Part shown: piece by piece, positions 1 through 9,241 of the stretch
Position numbering within the stretch: position 1 is the first letter of the stretch
Layout of the letters: each line of letters begins with the position of its first letter
NCBI GenBank assembly: GCA_963851005.1
Contig: CAWKNI010000008.1
Coordinates: 155,199 to 219,198 of the forward strand
DNA: 64,000 nt
Reading direction: 5' to 3'
From: an uncultured delta proteobacterium
GTDB lineage: Bacteria; Desulfobacterota; Syntrophia; Syntrophales; Smithellaceae
Notes under the pieces: generated by a model
The model's input: the letters and a program-made list of their open reading frames with translations, nothing else
What the model was told of the DNA's origin: nothing
The model's database searches: none
Position numbers and translations under genes: made by a program

Positions 1-70
1 CAAAACGCGACATCCCGCGATTGGCAGAAAGCCCCCAGCGGGAGCTGGGGGCTTTCTGCAGCGGGGTAAA
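1..70. repeat. G-type GC-rich hairpin repeat, copy 1 (may be cut by window edge)
   Basis: aaaacgcgacatcccgcgattggcagaaagc...gctttctgcagcggggtaaa recurs at 45381-45456; internal inverted repeat cagaaagc/gctttctg. Confidence 0.8.
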
Positions 71-130
71 TACTGCCTTGACATACAATGCCAAACTTCT
101 TATGTCTCCTTATGTGAGAAATAACATCTT

Positions 131-274
131 ATACCATTTCTAAATCAAAGATGATATTGAGGCGGCTAGGCGGAGGCAACGAGACGTATTATACACGCGT
201 GACCTTCAGGTTATACGTTGAGGAGGCCGACAACAACGCCAACAAAAATAGCGCTTTGATTTAGAATTGGAATT
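131..274. repeat. A-type long-hairpin intergenic repeat, copy A1 (extra central insert)
   Basis: ataccatttctaaatcaaag...acgtattatac..tacgttgaggaggccgacaac..gccaacaaaaatagcgctttgatttagaattgg; same unit at 5386-5504 and 34947-35072; outer arms are reverse complements. Confidence 0.9.
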
Positions 275-325
275 ATTTAAGAAAAGTGATTTTACCTTGG
301 AACATATTCAACAGGAGCAAAACAT

Positions 326-1420
326 ATGTTAGGTTTTGTCGACAATAGCTCGCTTTTCATAATTGCAATAATATTTATATTTGCCAGTGCAGTCACTTGG
401 GTTGCTGGCATCACCTTGGCTAAGGCCACCGACACTCTTGATACCCGATGGAAAATTGGAGACGCACTGGGTGGGTTGGTGCTGCTGGGGATTGCCGGAA
501 GCTTGCCTGAAATAGCTGTGGTTTGGAGCGCTGCGGCAAATCACCATATACCTGTTATTATCGGCAACTTGATCGGCGGTCTTGCCATTCAGACCCTGGT
601 CATCGTAATTTTTGACATAGCGGTGAAAGGAAAGCAACCGCTTGCTTATCATGCTGGTTCAAAAATGTTATCATTTGAAACAATATTTGCCATGTTAATT
701 ACAGCACTGGCACTGGTGGGATTTTTCATTCCCGCGAGGGCAGCGGTGTTTCAAATCAATCCGATGTCGATAGCAATAGTGGTGGCATGGATTGGAGGTC
801 TTTTCCTCATCAATAAAGCGCGTAAGAATCCTGCCTTTAATGTAACTTCCGATAGCAAAGAGAAACTTCCAGGACGCAAACATCAAGAGCGCCGGACGGT
901 AGAAAATCATGTATTTTTTGCCAAGAAATCTACTTTGCACGTGGTCATAATCTTCCTTATTGCTTCCATTGCCACACTGATTTCCGGCGTGTTGTTGGAA
1001 GAAACCGGCACCAAAATAGCGGATACGCTACACATCGGCAGTGGACTTTTCGCTGCGACGGCGATTGCCCTGGTTACTTCGCTGCCCGAGATCAGCACTG
1101 GTTTAGAATCAATATTCATTGGTGATAACCACCTGGCGATTGCTGACATTATGGGTGGCAATGCCGTCATGTTATTGATCTTCCTGATGGCCGACCTGGT
1201 GGCAGGGCAGCCGGTTTTATCTTATGATCTGGGATTGCCAACACTTACTTCTTTGCATACGGATGTACTTCTTACCATCCTTTCGATCGTAATGATGGGT
1301 ATATATGCCATTGCTTTCATTCACCCCCCACAATTTAGAATTCTGCGTATGGGTTGGGATTCGATATGGCAAATCATCGTCTATATTGCAGGGATGATAG
1401 GTTTTAATACGATACAATAG
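326..1420 (+). CDS. CaCA-family cation/Ca2+ exchanger membrane protein
   Basis: 364-aa polytopic ORF with two alpha-repeat signatures (GSLPEIAVV and TSLPEISTG) typical of Na+/Ca2+ exchanger (YrbG/ChaA-like) proteins. Confidence 0.75.
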   Translation: MLGFVDNSSLFIIAIIFIFASAVTWVAGITLAKATDTLDTRWKIGDALGGLVLLGIAGSLPEIAVVWSAAANHHIPVIIGNLIGGLAIQTLVIVIFDIAVKGKQPLAYHAGSKMLSFETIFAMLITALALVGFFIPARAAVFQINPMSIAIVVAWIGGLFLINKARKNPAFNVTSDSKEKLPGRKHQERRTVENHVFFAKKSTLHVVIIFLIASIATLISGVLLEETGTKIADTLHIGSGLFAATAIALVTSLPEISTGLESIFIGDNHLAIADIMGGNAVMLLIFLMADLVAGQPVLSYDLGLPTLTSLHTDVLLTILSIVMMGIYAIAFIHPPQFRILRMGWDSIWQIIVYIAGMIGFNTIQ

Positions 1421-1496
1421 TTGATATTGAATATAAGTTAAATAATTTCTTTCTTCCTCTTCTAAGGTTGTTTTATCCTTCTGCAAGTTTATACAA

Positions 1497-1556
1497 CATT
1501 TCAATTTGCCATAATCAAAAATGGCTGAATTTTAACTGGACATGTGGTACAAATAC
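1497..1556 (+). repeat. Conserved upstream module U1 (aatcaaaaatggctgaa...tgtggtacaa)
   Basis: Shares the aatcaaaaa-TKGCTGAA-N15-TGTGGTA core with modules at 5531, 9170, 52780(-), 57847(-), 62811(-). Confidence 0.6.
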
Positions 1557-1581
1557 TTTGGGGGGGGAAGTGGAGGTAACC

Positions 1582-2007
1582 ATGAAAAGGCGTTTCATCA
1601 TTTTTCCCCAAGTATTTCTTATTTGCACACTATTTACAAATGCATGGGGGTTGACCAATTATGAGCGGTGTGTGGAAGCTTATTTAGATAAAGACTTCAC
1701 TAATGCATACCATTTCTGCAAAGAAGACGAGAGCCCCAATGCTCAGTATATCATCGGCGAAATGTACTATTATGGCTTGGGAGGGAAAGAAGACCATGCA
1801 GAGGCGGCAATATGGTTTCGCAAAGCCGCTGAGCAGGGTAATCCCGAGGCCCAATTTCTAATCGGCAAAATGTACTATTATGGCTTGGGAGTGAAAGAAG
1901 ACCATGCAGAGGCGATAATATGGCTTCGTAAAGCCGCTGATCAGGGTCACATACAGGCTAGTAGGTTATTACATGACAAATTACTCGATAAAGATAAGAG
2001 CAAGTAA
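1582..2007 (+). CDS. Secreted Sel1-like repeat protein
   Basis: ATG 1582 preceded by GGAGGT. Signal-peptide-like N-terminus. Tandem Sel1 units GEMYYYGLGGKEDHAEAAIWFRKAAEQG / GKMYYYGLGVKEDHAEAIIWLRKAADQG. The longer track ORF from 1468 reads through the U1 repeat. Confidence 0.8.
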   Translation: MKRRFIIFPQVFLICTLFTNAWGLTNYERCVEAYLDKDFTNAYHFCKEDESPNAQYIIGEMYYYGLGGKEDHAEAAIWFRKAAEQGNPEAQFLIGKMYYYGLGVKEDHAEAIIWLRKAADQGHIQASRLLHDKLLDKDKSK

Positions 2008-2075
2008 ACAAGTTTTAAAGACTTCATGCTATTTATGAGCAACAGTCTCACCAATAGATTTTAATAAGGAGATTC

Positions 2076-3602
2076 ATGATGGAGCGGATACTTATCAAAG
2101 GAGCCTGCGTGCTAACCATGGACGCAAAGCTTGGGGACTTTGACAAAGCCGATGTTCTCGTGGAAGGTGGTAAAATTGTTCAAGTAGGACCAGGACTGAA
2201 AGTCGAAGATGTTAAGGTAATCAATGCGCACGAAAAAATCCTTATGCCGGGCTTTGTGGACTGTCACCGGCATATGTGGCAGACGCAGCTTAGAGGAATT
2301 ACAGCAGACTGGAGTTTGTTCGACTATTCTGTAGGAATCCGTTCCGTGTACAGTTCGTTCTATGAATCTGAAGACGCCTACCTGGGATGTTATGCCGGAT
2401 TCCTTGAAGCGCTAAATGCAGGGACCACCACGATAGTCGATCATTGTCACATCATGAATTCACCTGAGCATTCAGATGCAGCGGTGAAAGCATTCAAGGA
2501 TTCAGGTATGCGGGGGATATTCTGCTATGGCCTGTTCAACAATCCCAAACCGGATGACGCCGTCGTTACCGACGCACTAATAGAGCCGCCCCAGGAAATG
2601 CTGAAAGATGTCCGACGGGTGAAAAAAGAACACTTTTCGTCAGTCGATGATCTCGTGACCATGGGATTGGGCATGATCGAAACCGAGTGGTTCCCCATGG
2701 AGTATACCCGTTGGCAGGTTGACCTGGCACGGGAGATTGGCGCCCGCAAAATCAGTTCCCATGTGGGCATGGCTGCCCTGAATCAGCGTACATGGTACAT
2801 TGACAGACTGCACCGTGCCAGCCTTTTGGGGCCGGATTTCCTCTTCATCCATGGTTCGGGCCTGAGCGATTCCGATCTGAAACTGATCGCTGACGCAGGC
2901 GCTTCTGTTATCAGCACGCCAGATACCGATCTACAGATGGGAATGGGCTATCCTGTTCTTCCCCGGCTTATGGATGCAAAGGTCAAGGGAGGTTTAGGAA
3001 TTGATATTGTGTCTAATAACAGTGCTGACATGTTCACCCAGATTCGTCTCTGTCTACAAGTGCAGCGAAGCCTGGAAAACTATAAACTGGAGCAATCCGG
3101 GATAGCCCCTAAGGTCATAAATCGCAAAGTTAGGGATTTTCTGGAAATCGCTACTATCGGCGGCGCTAGAGCGCTGAGTCTTGATTCTAAGATCGGCTCC
3201 ATAACGCCAGGCAAAGACGCTGATTTGATCCTCATCAGGACTGATACTGTGAACATGGTACCTGTTATTGATCCGGTTGCGTCAGTTACTTTCTATGCCA
3301 ATGTTGGCGATGTGGATACCGTAATGGTGCAGGGAAGGATATTGAAACAGAATGGACAGTTAGTGGGAGTTGACTGGCCGGAAACTGCTCGTAAGCTAAA
3401 AGAATCCAGCGATCGAATTGTAGGCAAAGGCCGAGCTAAAGGTTTCGAAGCCCCCAAAAAAATAATGGAGATGATTTTTCCGCTGACCAGCGTGACTGCT
3501 TTTCAGGCCAGAATTGTAGGCACCATAATGCGCGTACCCATACTGCGCGAACCGCTGCTGCACATTGTGGCCCAACAGATGATAAATAAAGTAAGGAAAT
3601 AA
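2076..3602 (+). CDS. Amidohydrolase-family metal-dependent hydrolase (deaminase/chlorohydrolase-like)
   Basis: 508-aa ORF, RBS aaggag upstream; N-terminal PGFVDCHRHMWQ (HxH metal motif) and overall amidohydrolase-like layout. Confidence 0.7.
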   Translation: MMERILIKGACVLTMDAKLGDFDKADVLVEGGKIVQVGPGLKVEDVKVINAHEKILMPGFVDCHRHMWQTQLRGITADWSLFDYSVGIRSVYSSFYESEDAYLGCYAGFLEALNAGTTTIVDHCHIMNSPEHSDAAVKAFKDSGMRGIFCYGLFNNPKPDDAVVTDALIEPPQEMLKDVRRVKKEHFSSVDDLVTMGLGMIETEWFPMEYTRWQVDLAREIGARKISSHVGMAALNQRTWYIDRLHRASLLGPDFLFIHGSGLSDSDLKLIADAGASVISTPDTDLQMGMGYPVLPRLMDAKVKGGLGIDIVSNNSADMFTQIRLCLQVQRSLENYKLEQSGIAPKVINRKVRDFLEIATIGGARALSLDSKIGSITPGKDADLILIRTDTVNMVPVIDPVASVTFYANVGDVDTVMVQGRILKQNGQLVGVDWPETARKLKESSDRIVGKGRAKGFEAPKKIMEMIFPLTSVTAFQARIVGTIMRVPILREPLLHIVAQQMINKVRK

Positions 3603-3711
3603 CTATAGCGCACCACTTGTGGTTCAAAAGACTCACACCACATATAGCAGCTCGGATAACGGATGTAATTATCTTGCTAATATTACATAGATTTTTATTA
3701 GAAGGGATAAC

Positions 3712-4038
3712 ATGAGAAAACTTATTTTGTTGATGATGGTAGTGTCCTTGACCCTTATAGGATTCTCTGAAATGAAGTCTTATGCTTCTGATGGGAAAGA
3801 TAATTCTGATTTACATTATCTTGAAAATGCAACAATTAAGGGGGTAAAAATCTATGTCGGTCAAAAACAGGAAGATATGTTAAATGCCCTTGGCGTTCCT
3901 GATATGGCTTGGATGGGTTCTATTCCAAAAGTATTCCGCTATCAATATAAAGACAACAAATATACATATGATATTATCACTAAGGATGGGGTTATCCAAT
4001 CTATAGCCATATCTAAAATCTCTAAAACGAATAACTAA
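3712..4038 (+). CDS. Small secreted hypothetical protein
   Basis: 108-aa ORF with hydrophobic signal-like N-terminus MRKLILLMMVVSLTLIGF; no recognisable family. Confidence 0.45.
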   Translation: MRKLILLMMVVSLTLIGFSEMKSYASDGKDNSDLHYLENATIKGVKIYVGQKQEDMLNALGVPDMAWMGSIPKVFRYQYKDNKYTYDIITKDGVIQSIAISKISKTNN

Positions 4039-4165
4039 AATTAATTAAGTGGGATTAAAAAAGCCTCCAGATTTTGACTAATTATTGAATCGATTATGTT
4101 GCACTTTTCTTCCACAGAAATTGAATTATTGGAAAAATACGGGACTACCCCCAGCAATATTGCCA

Positions 4166-5029
4166 CTATGAATTAGAGTTTTCCAGCAAAATATCTTCTT
4201 TTTGTGCAAATTCCTTCGGCGTGAGAAAATCCAGCGTGCTGTGAGGCCGGTTTTCATTGTAATCTATCCGCCAGTCTTCAATTACTTTTCTTGCATGTTC
4301 AATGCTTCTAAACCAGTTTACGTTCAGACACTCTTCTCTGAACCTCGCATTAAAACTTTCCATAAATGCATTATCAACCGGTTTCCCAGGTCTGATAAAG
4401 TGCAGTTTCACTTTCTGACGGTAGGCCCACTCATCCATTGCGTTGCTGATAAACTCGGGACCATTATCTACTATAATATTCTCCGGCAGCCCATGCATCA
4501 ATGATGCTTCGCTCAACAATGAAGTCACTCGCCTGCCTCCTATGGATCGGTCCACCTCTATTCTGTGGCATTCCTTTGTAAAAGTATCAATGATCGGCAG
4601 TATTCTTATTTTCATCCCGCTGCCCAGTGAATCATGCAGGAAATCCAGTCCCCATAACTCATTCCGCTTCTTAGCTCTTGGTATCGCTACCCTTGCATAT
4701 GATGCTCTCTTCTTCCGCCTGCGTATGGTTAATGACAACCTTTCTTCTTTGTAAATCCGCTCTGTACGTTTATGATTTATTACTAATCCTTCCCGTTTTG
4801 CTATGGCATGAAACATCTGGCAACCGGATCGTCGCCTCTGCTCAGCAAGTTCCCTTAATCGCTTTCTCAACGCAGCGTCTTTGTCCGCTTTTGCCTCATA
4901 CCGCAACGTGTCTCTGCTTAATCCTATCAACCTGCATGATCGCCTTATGCTCAACCCAAAGCTCTTTATTATAAATTCGACAGCTTCCCTACGAACTCTG
5001 GGCTTAAAACTTTTTTTCGATGACCGCCT
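4166..5029 (-). CDS. IS3-family transposase OrfB (DDE/rve integrase core)
   Basis: D..D..E context WGLDFLHD, IIVDNGPEF, ESFNARFREE. The frame is open up to 5029 with no ATG of its own (track start is TTG 4954). It overlaps orfA across an A7 run. Confidence 0.85.
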   Translation of the reverse strand, partial: RRSSKKSFKPRVRREAVEFIIKSFGLSIRRSCRLIGLSRDTLRYEAKADKDAALRKRLRELAEQRRRSGCQMFHAIAKREGLVINHKRTERIYKEERLSLTIRRRKKRASYARVAIPRAKKRNELWGLDFLHDSLGSGMKIRILPIIDTFTKECHRIEVDRSIGGRRVTSLLSEASLMHGLPENIIVDNGPEFISNAMDEWAYRQKVKLHFIRPGKPVDNAFMESFNARFREECLNVNWFRSIEHARKVIEDWRIDYNENRPHSTLDFLTPKEFAQKEDILLENSNS

Positions 5030-5267
5030 TTAATGCCTGATTATCTAAAGTCAGATCGGCAACGATATGTTTTAGCCGCCGGTTCTCTTCTTCAAGTGCC
5101 CTCAACTTCCTGGCATCGCTTACGGTCATTCCTCCATACTTGGCCTTCCAGTTGTAATATGTTGCGTCGCTGATTCCATGTTTGCGGCATACATCCATTA
5201 CCTTCATCCCTGTTTCCGCTTCCTGCAAAATACCTATAATCTGCTCCTCCGTAAATCGCTTCTTCAT
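5004..5267 (-). CDS. IS3-family transposase OrfA (HTH)
   Basis: 87 aa, MKKRFTEEQIIGILQEAE...GISDATYYNWKAKYGGM, typical IS3/IS911 OrfA with leucine-zipper tail. Confidence 0.9.
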   Translation of the reverse strand: MKKRFTEEQIIGILQEAETGMKVMDVCRKHGISDATYYNWKAKYGGMTVSDARKLRALEEENRRLKHIVADLTLDNQALKAVIEKKF

Positions 5268-5385
5268 CTGTGCCTCCTTTAAAGTGTTTTTTTATTCTAC
5301 ACTCTAATTACTTCTGGCACAACTTGCAGGGGGAATTCCCATACACCCCCCTATAAATAGATCATTTATATTCTTATACCATTTC

Positions 5386-5504
5386 TAAATCAAAGATGAT
5401 ATTGAGGCGGCTAGGCGGAGGCGACGAGACGTATTATACATACGTTGAGGAGGCCGACAACGACGCCAACAAAAATAGCGCTTTGATTTAGAATTGGAAT
5501 TATT
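5386..5504. repeat. A-type long-hairpin repeat, copy A2
   Basis: Near-identical to 34947-35072; sits directly beside the IS3 copy 1 right end. Confidence 0.9.
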
Positions 5505-5530
5505 TGTGCCGACAGGTCGGCATGAGGGTC

Positions 5531-5585
5531 TTCAATCGTAAATCATCATAAATTGCTGAACTCTAACTTAACATATGGGTACAAG
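5531..5585 (+). repeat. Conserved upstream module U2 (in mgtA-like leader)
   Basis: ttcaatcgtaaatcatcataaattgctgaactctaacttaacatatgggtacaag, nearly the same as 9170-9223. Confidence 0.7.
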
Positions 5586-5663
5586 TATTATGTGCAGATC
5601 ACTTTCATGTCTCATTATCATTTTCATTGACAAGGGTCATCTGTCTCTTTAACATGCGGTTAT

Positions 5664-8186
5664 ATGATCCAGCAGCCACCTAAATATTGGGGTGTTCCCC
5701 AATCTGATTTGTTGACTCAGCTTAATGCAAAGATGGAAGGATTAAGCGTTGAGGAAGCAAAACAACGACTGATACAGTATGGTGCAAACCTTCTGAAGCC
5801 AGCGAAAAGTTCAGACACGCTGGCTCTGCTCATTTCCCAATTCAAAAGTCCTATTATCCTGACCTTGATTTTTGCGGCGGGGCTTTCTGCTTTTCTTCAT
5901 GACCCGGCAGACGCCATTATTATTATTACAATCGTTTTAATCAGCGGCCTTCTGGGATTCTGGCAGGAAAAGGGCGCTGTTGATGCTCTGGAAAAGATGC
6001 TGGCGATAGTCAAGATCAAGACTACTGTACTGCGAAACAGCAGCCAGCAAGACATTGCGCTGGAAGATGTTGTTCCGGGTGACGTCGTTATATTGAATGC
6101 CGGAGATGCGATTCCCGCCGACAGCCTGATTCTGGAATCCAGGGATCTCTTCGTGGATGAGGCAACCCTGACAGGTGAAAGCTTCCCTGTCGAAAAAAAT
6201 GCCGGTCTTCTACCCACGGAAACACCTCTTGCCAAACGCACCAACAGTCTTTTTATGGGAACACATGTTATCAGCGGCACAGCCACGGCTGTTGTGATTT
6301 TCACGGGGAAGCAGGCGGAGTTCGGCAAAATCTCCGAGAAGTTGAAACTGAGACCTCAGGAGACCGAGTTTGAGCATGGCATCCGGAAGTTTGGTTATTT
6401 ACTGCTTGAAGTAACTTTGTTGCTTGTCATTGCCGTTTTTGCCATAAATGTCTTTTTTCACCGGCCTGTTCTCGAATCCTTCCTTTTTTCTCTGGCCCTC
6501 GCTGTCGGACTGACGCCGCAGTTGCTGCCGGCCATTATCAGCATCAACCTGGCCCATGGCGCTAAAATAATGGCTCAGCAAAAGGTCATTGTAAAGCGGC
6601 TAGCCTCCATAGAAAACTTCGGGAGCATGAACGTTCTATGTTCAGATAAAACGGGAACTTTAACTGACGGAACGGTGCGCCTGCATTCGGCAATAGGCTT
6701 CGACGGAAATCCCAGCGATCGGGTTTTCTTGCATGCCTATCTGAATTCTTTCTATGAAAAAGGTTTTTCCAATCCTATCGATGAAGCGATCCGTTCTTAT
6801 AAGCAGCAGGATATTTCCGGTTATGAAAAAGTTGATGAGGTCCCCTATGATTTTATCCGCAAGAGATTGAGTATTCTGATCAAAAAGGATGGCCGGTATT
6901 TCATGGTTACGAAAGGCGCACTCTCGAATGTGCTTGCTGTCTGTCCTTTTGTGGAAAACAAGGCCGGGGACAAGATAGATACAAACACAGCGGGGCAAAT
7001 GATCCAGCAGAAGTTCGAGGAACTCAGTAATCAGGGCTTCCGCGTACTTGGCGTTGCCATGCGGGATATGGGAACAGAGTCTGTCATCAATAAAGATTCC
7101 GAACGGGATATGACATTCCTCGGTTTCCTGCTTTTCTTCGATCCGCCTAAAAAAGGAGTTTTGGAAACGATTGGCCGTCTCAAGCAACTTGGCGTTTCCC
7201 TGAAAGTTATCACCGGAGATAACCGCCTCGTAGCCGCCAAGATAAGTCAGGATGTGGGAATGCCCGATGCCAAAATCCTCACCGGCACCGAACTGCGTGA
7301 AATAAGTGATGCCGCTCTATTGCAAAAAGTAACCCAAACGGACATCTTCGCGGAAGTAGAGCCCAATCAAAAAGAACGCATTATTATTGCGCTCAGGAAG
7401 GCCGGATATGTTGTGGGTTATATCGGAGACGGCATCAATGACGTTTCCGCGCTCCATGCCTCGGATGTAAGTATTTCTGTTGATACGGCGGTGGATGTGG
7501 CCAAAGAATCGGCCGATATCGTGCTTCTGGAAAAGAATTTGGAGGTGCTCGTGCAAGGCGTCCATCAAGGAAGGACTACGCTGGCCAATACTATGAAGTA
7601 CGTTTTTATGGCTACCAGCGCTAATTTCGGAAACATGTTCAGCATGGCTGGCGCTTCTCTGTTTCTGTCTTTTCTTCCTCTGCTACCCAAACAAATTCTG
7701 TTGACGAACCTGATGACTGATTTTCCGGAAATGACCATTGCCACGGATCGGACAGACGTCGAAATGGTAAATCAACCGAAACGGTGGAATATTTCCTTTA
7801 TTAAAAAATTCATGATCACTTTTGGCTTGATCAGTTCGGTTTTTGATTATCTAACTTTTGGTGTTTTGTTGTTCATCCTTCACGCTTCACCGGAACAATT
7901 CCGAACAGGATGGTTCGTGGAATCTGTTATTTCCGCTTCAATTATAGTGCTTGTCATTCGCAGCAGAAAACCATTCTTTAGAAGCCGGCCGGGAAAATAT
8001 TTATTCATCGCCACAATTGCTGTTGTTGTTGCAACGCTCATCCTCCCTTTTACACCTATAGGGAAGATATTTGATTTTGTACACCTGCCCATGTCGTTTC
8101 TTATGATACTGGCAATCATTATGGCGCTTTATATTTTAATGGCGGAACTGGCAAAAAAAATATTCTATCAAAAGATAAACTATTGA
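5664..8186 (+). CDS. mgtA: Mg2+-type P-type ATPase (MgtA-like)
   Basis: 840 aa; TGES, DKTGTLT phosphorylation site, GDGINDVSAL hinge, 10-TM layout and N-terminal YGANLL motif resembling MgtA-class pumps. Confidence 0.75.
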   Translation: MIQQPPKYWGVPQSDLLTQLNAKMEGLSVEEAKQRLIQYGANLLKPAKSSDTLALLISQFKSPIILTLIFAAGLSAFLHDPADAIIIITIVLISGLLGFWQEKGAVDALEKMLAIVKIKTTVLRNSSQQDIALEDVVPGDVVILNAGDAIPADSLILESRDLFVDEATLTGESFPVEKNAGLLPTETPLAKRTNSLFMGTHVISGTATAVVIFTGKQAEFGKISEKLKLRPQETEFEHGIRKFGYLLLEVTLLLVIAVFAINVFFHRPVLESFLFSLALAVGLTPQLLPAIISINLAHGAKIMAQQKVIVKRLASIENFGSMNVLCSDKTGTLTDGTVRLHSAIGFDGNPSDRVFLHAYLNSFYEKGFSNPIDEAIRSYKQQDISGYEKVDEVPYDFIRKRLSILIKKDGRYFMVTKGALSNVLAVCPFVENKAGDKIDTNTAGQMIQQKFEELSNQGFRVLGVAMRDMGTESVINKDSERDMTFLGFLLFFDPPKKGVLETIGRLKQLGVSLKVITGDNRLVAAKISQDVGMPDAKILTGTELREISDAALLQKVTQTDIFAEVEPNQKERIIIALRKAGYVVGYIGDGINDVSALHASDVSISVDTAVDVAKESADIVLLEKNLEVLVQGVHQGRTTLANTMKYVFMATSANFGNMFSMAGASLFLSFLPLLPKQILLTNLMTDFPEMTIATDRTDVEMVNQPKRWNISFIKKFMITFGLISSVFDYLTFGVLLFILHASPEQFRTGWFVESVISASIIVLVIRSRKPFFRSRPGKYLFIATIAVVVATLILPFTPIGKIFDFVHLPMSFLMILAIIMALYILMAELAKKIFYQKINY

Positions 8187-8237
8187 AAAATTCATTCCGC
8201 AATACTGTATCATTTTATATTGTTAAGGAGAAATACT

Positions 8238-9038
8238 ATGAAAGTTCTAGCGCTCAATGGAAGCCTAAGAGGCGCCAGGGGAGCTACAGGTAAGATTCTT
8301 CAGAGCATGAAAACGGGCATCGAGAGGGCAGGTGGAATTTGGAATGTGGTACATCTTTCGGAACTGAAGATTGAATCTTGCCGCGCATGTAATCATTGTC
8401 AGAGGACAAAATCGTATAAATGTATTTTCGACGGCACAGACAACACGGAAGAAGTTTTCAGCAAAATGGCAGATTCCGATGTATTGATTTATGCATCTCC
8501 CGTTTATGTGTTTGGTGTGTCAAGTCTTCTCAAATGTTTTCTTGAGAGACTTCATTCTCGCGCTCCTGTTGCGGAGATTCTATTAACGAAATCCGGATTA
8601 TTCTTTCATGCCACAGATCAATCACTTTCAGGCAAACCTTTCATCTCCATAGTAGTGTGCGATAATATTGAGAACCTCACAGTTCGCAATGCGAAAGAAT
8701 ACTTCCGAATTTTTGGGCGCTTCATGGACGCGCCACATGTAGCGCATTTGGAACGTCGGAGTGCGGCGGCATGGATAGCCGCACTGGAAGGAACCGGCAA
8801 ACAGGCGAAAGAGAATGCGGAAAGTGTTCTGGCTGCGTATGTACGCGCTGGAGAGGAATTGGTGTTAAAAGGATGTATTTCGAGAAGAACAAAGAAAATC
8901 ACAGAGCGGCCTTTCATAAAAATTCCATTTCCGGTGCGTATGGCGCGGCACATTTCAGCATTCAAGCCTTTTATTGGAAAGGAAGTTCGCAGGCGCTCAA
9001 GTAATATAAGCAGCATGATTGGAGTAAAAGAAGAGTAA
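8238..9038 (+). CDS. Flavodoxin-fold NAD(P)H-dependent oxidoreductase / iron-sulfur flavoprotein-like
   Basis: ATG 8238 after aaggag; MKVLALNGSLR N-terminus, compact Cys motif CRACNHCQRTKSYKC as in Isf-type flavoproteins. Confidence 0.6.
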   Translation: MKVLALNGSLRGARGATGKILQSMKTGIERAGGIWNVVHLSELKIESCRACNHCQRTKSYKCIFDGTDNTEEVFSKMADSDVLIYASPVYVFGVSSLLKCFLERLHSRAPVAEILLTKSGLFFHATDQSLSGKPFISIVVCDNIENLTVRNAKEYFRIFGRFMDAPHVAHLERRSAAAWIAALEGTGKQAKENAESVLAAYVRAGEELVLKGCISRRTKKITERPFIKIPFPVRMARHISAFKPFIGKEVRRRSSNISSMIGVKEE

Positions 9039-9169
9039 AAGAGGAAAGTAATAGGGGCCGGTTCTACTTAAAAAATATTAAAATCAATCCAGTCGATCGC
9101 CACTCTCCATTTGATTTTTACTTTGCACCTTGCTTCCTCAAATTGTCAATACTGACAATCATCCAACTT

Positions 9170-9223
9170 TTCAATCGTAAATCATCAAAAATTGCTGAAC
9201 TCTAATTTAACTTGTGGTACAAG
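9170..9223 (+). repeat. Conserved upstream module U3
   Basis: ttcaatcgtaaatcatcaaaaattgctgaactctaatttaacttgtggtacaag, 19 nt before the ATG of 9242. Confidence 0.7.
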
Positions 9224-9241
9224 CATCGCCGGTAGGTCGCT

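Larger units (their letters stand above)
4141..5341 (-). mobile_element. IS3-family insertion sequence, copy 1 (1201 bp) with 3-bp TAC target duplication
   Basis: Terminal inverted repeats GGGACTACCCCCAGCAATATTGCC / TGGGAATTCCCCCTGCAAGTTGTGCC(rc). Flanked by TAC (4138-4140) and TAC (5342-5344). One mismatch to the copy at 22083-23283. Confidence 0.9.

Noticed and set aside
5505-5663. Mg2+ (M-box) riboswitch in the mgtA-like leader
   Set aside because: I could not find the conserved M-box core segments. The leader is instead made of an A-type repeat end, a small hairpin (gccgacaggtcggc) and upstream module U2.
9170-9223. Conserved upstream module as a sigma-54 promoter (TGGTAC-N5-TCGC)
   Set aside because: Only the 9170 copy has GG and GC at the correct spacing. 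The -12 GC is not conserved in the 5531, 1497, 52780, 57847 or 62811 copies.
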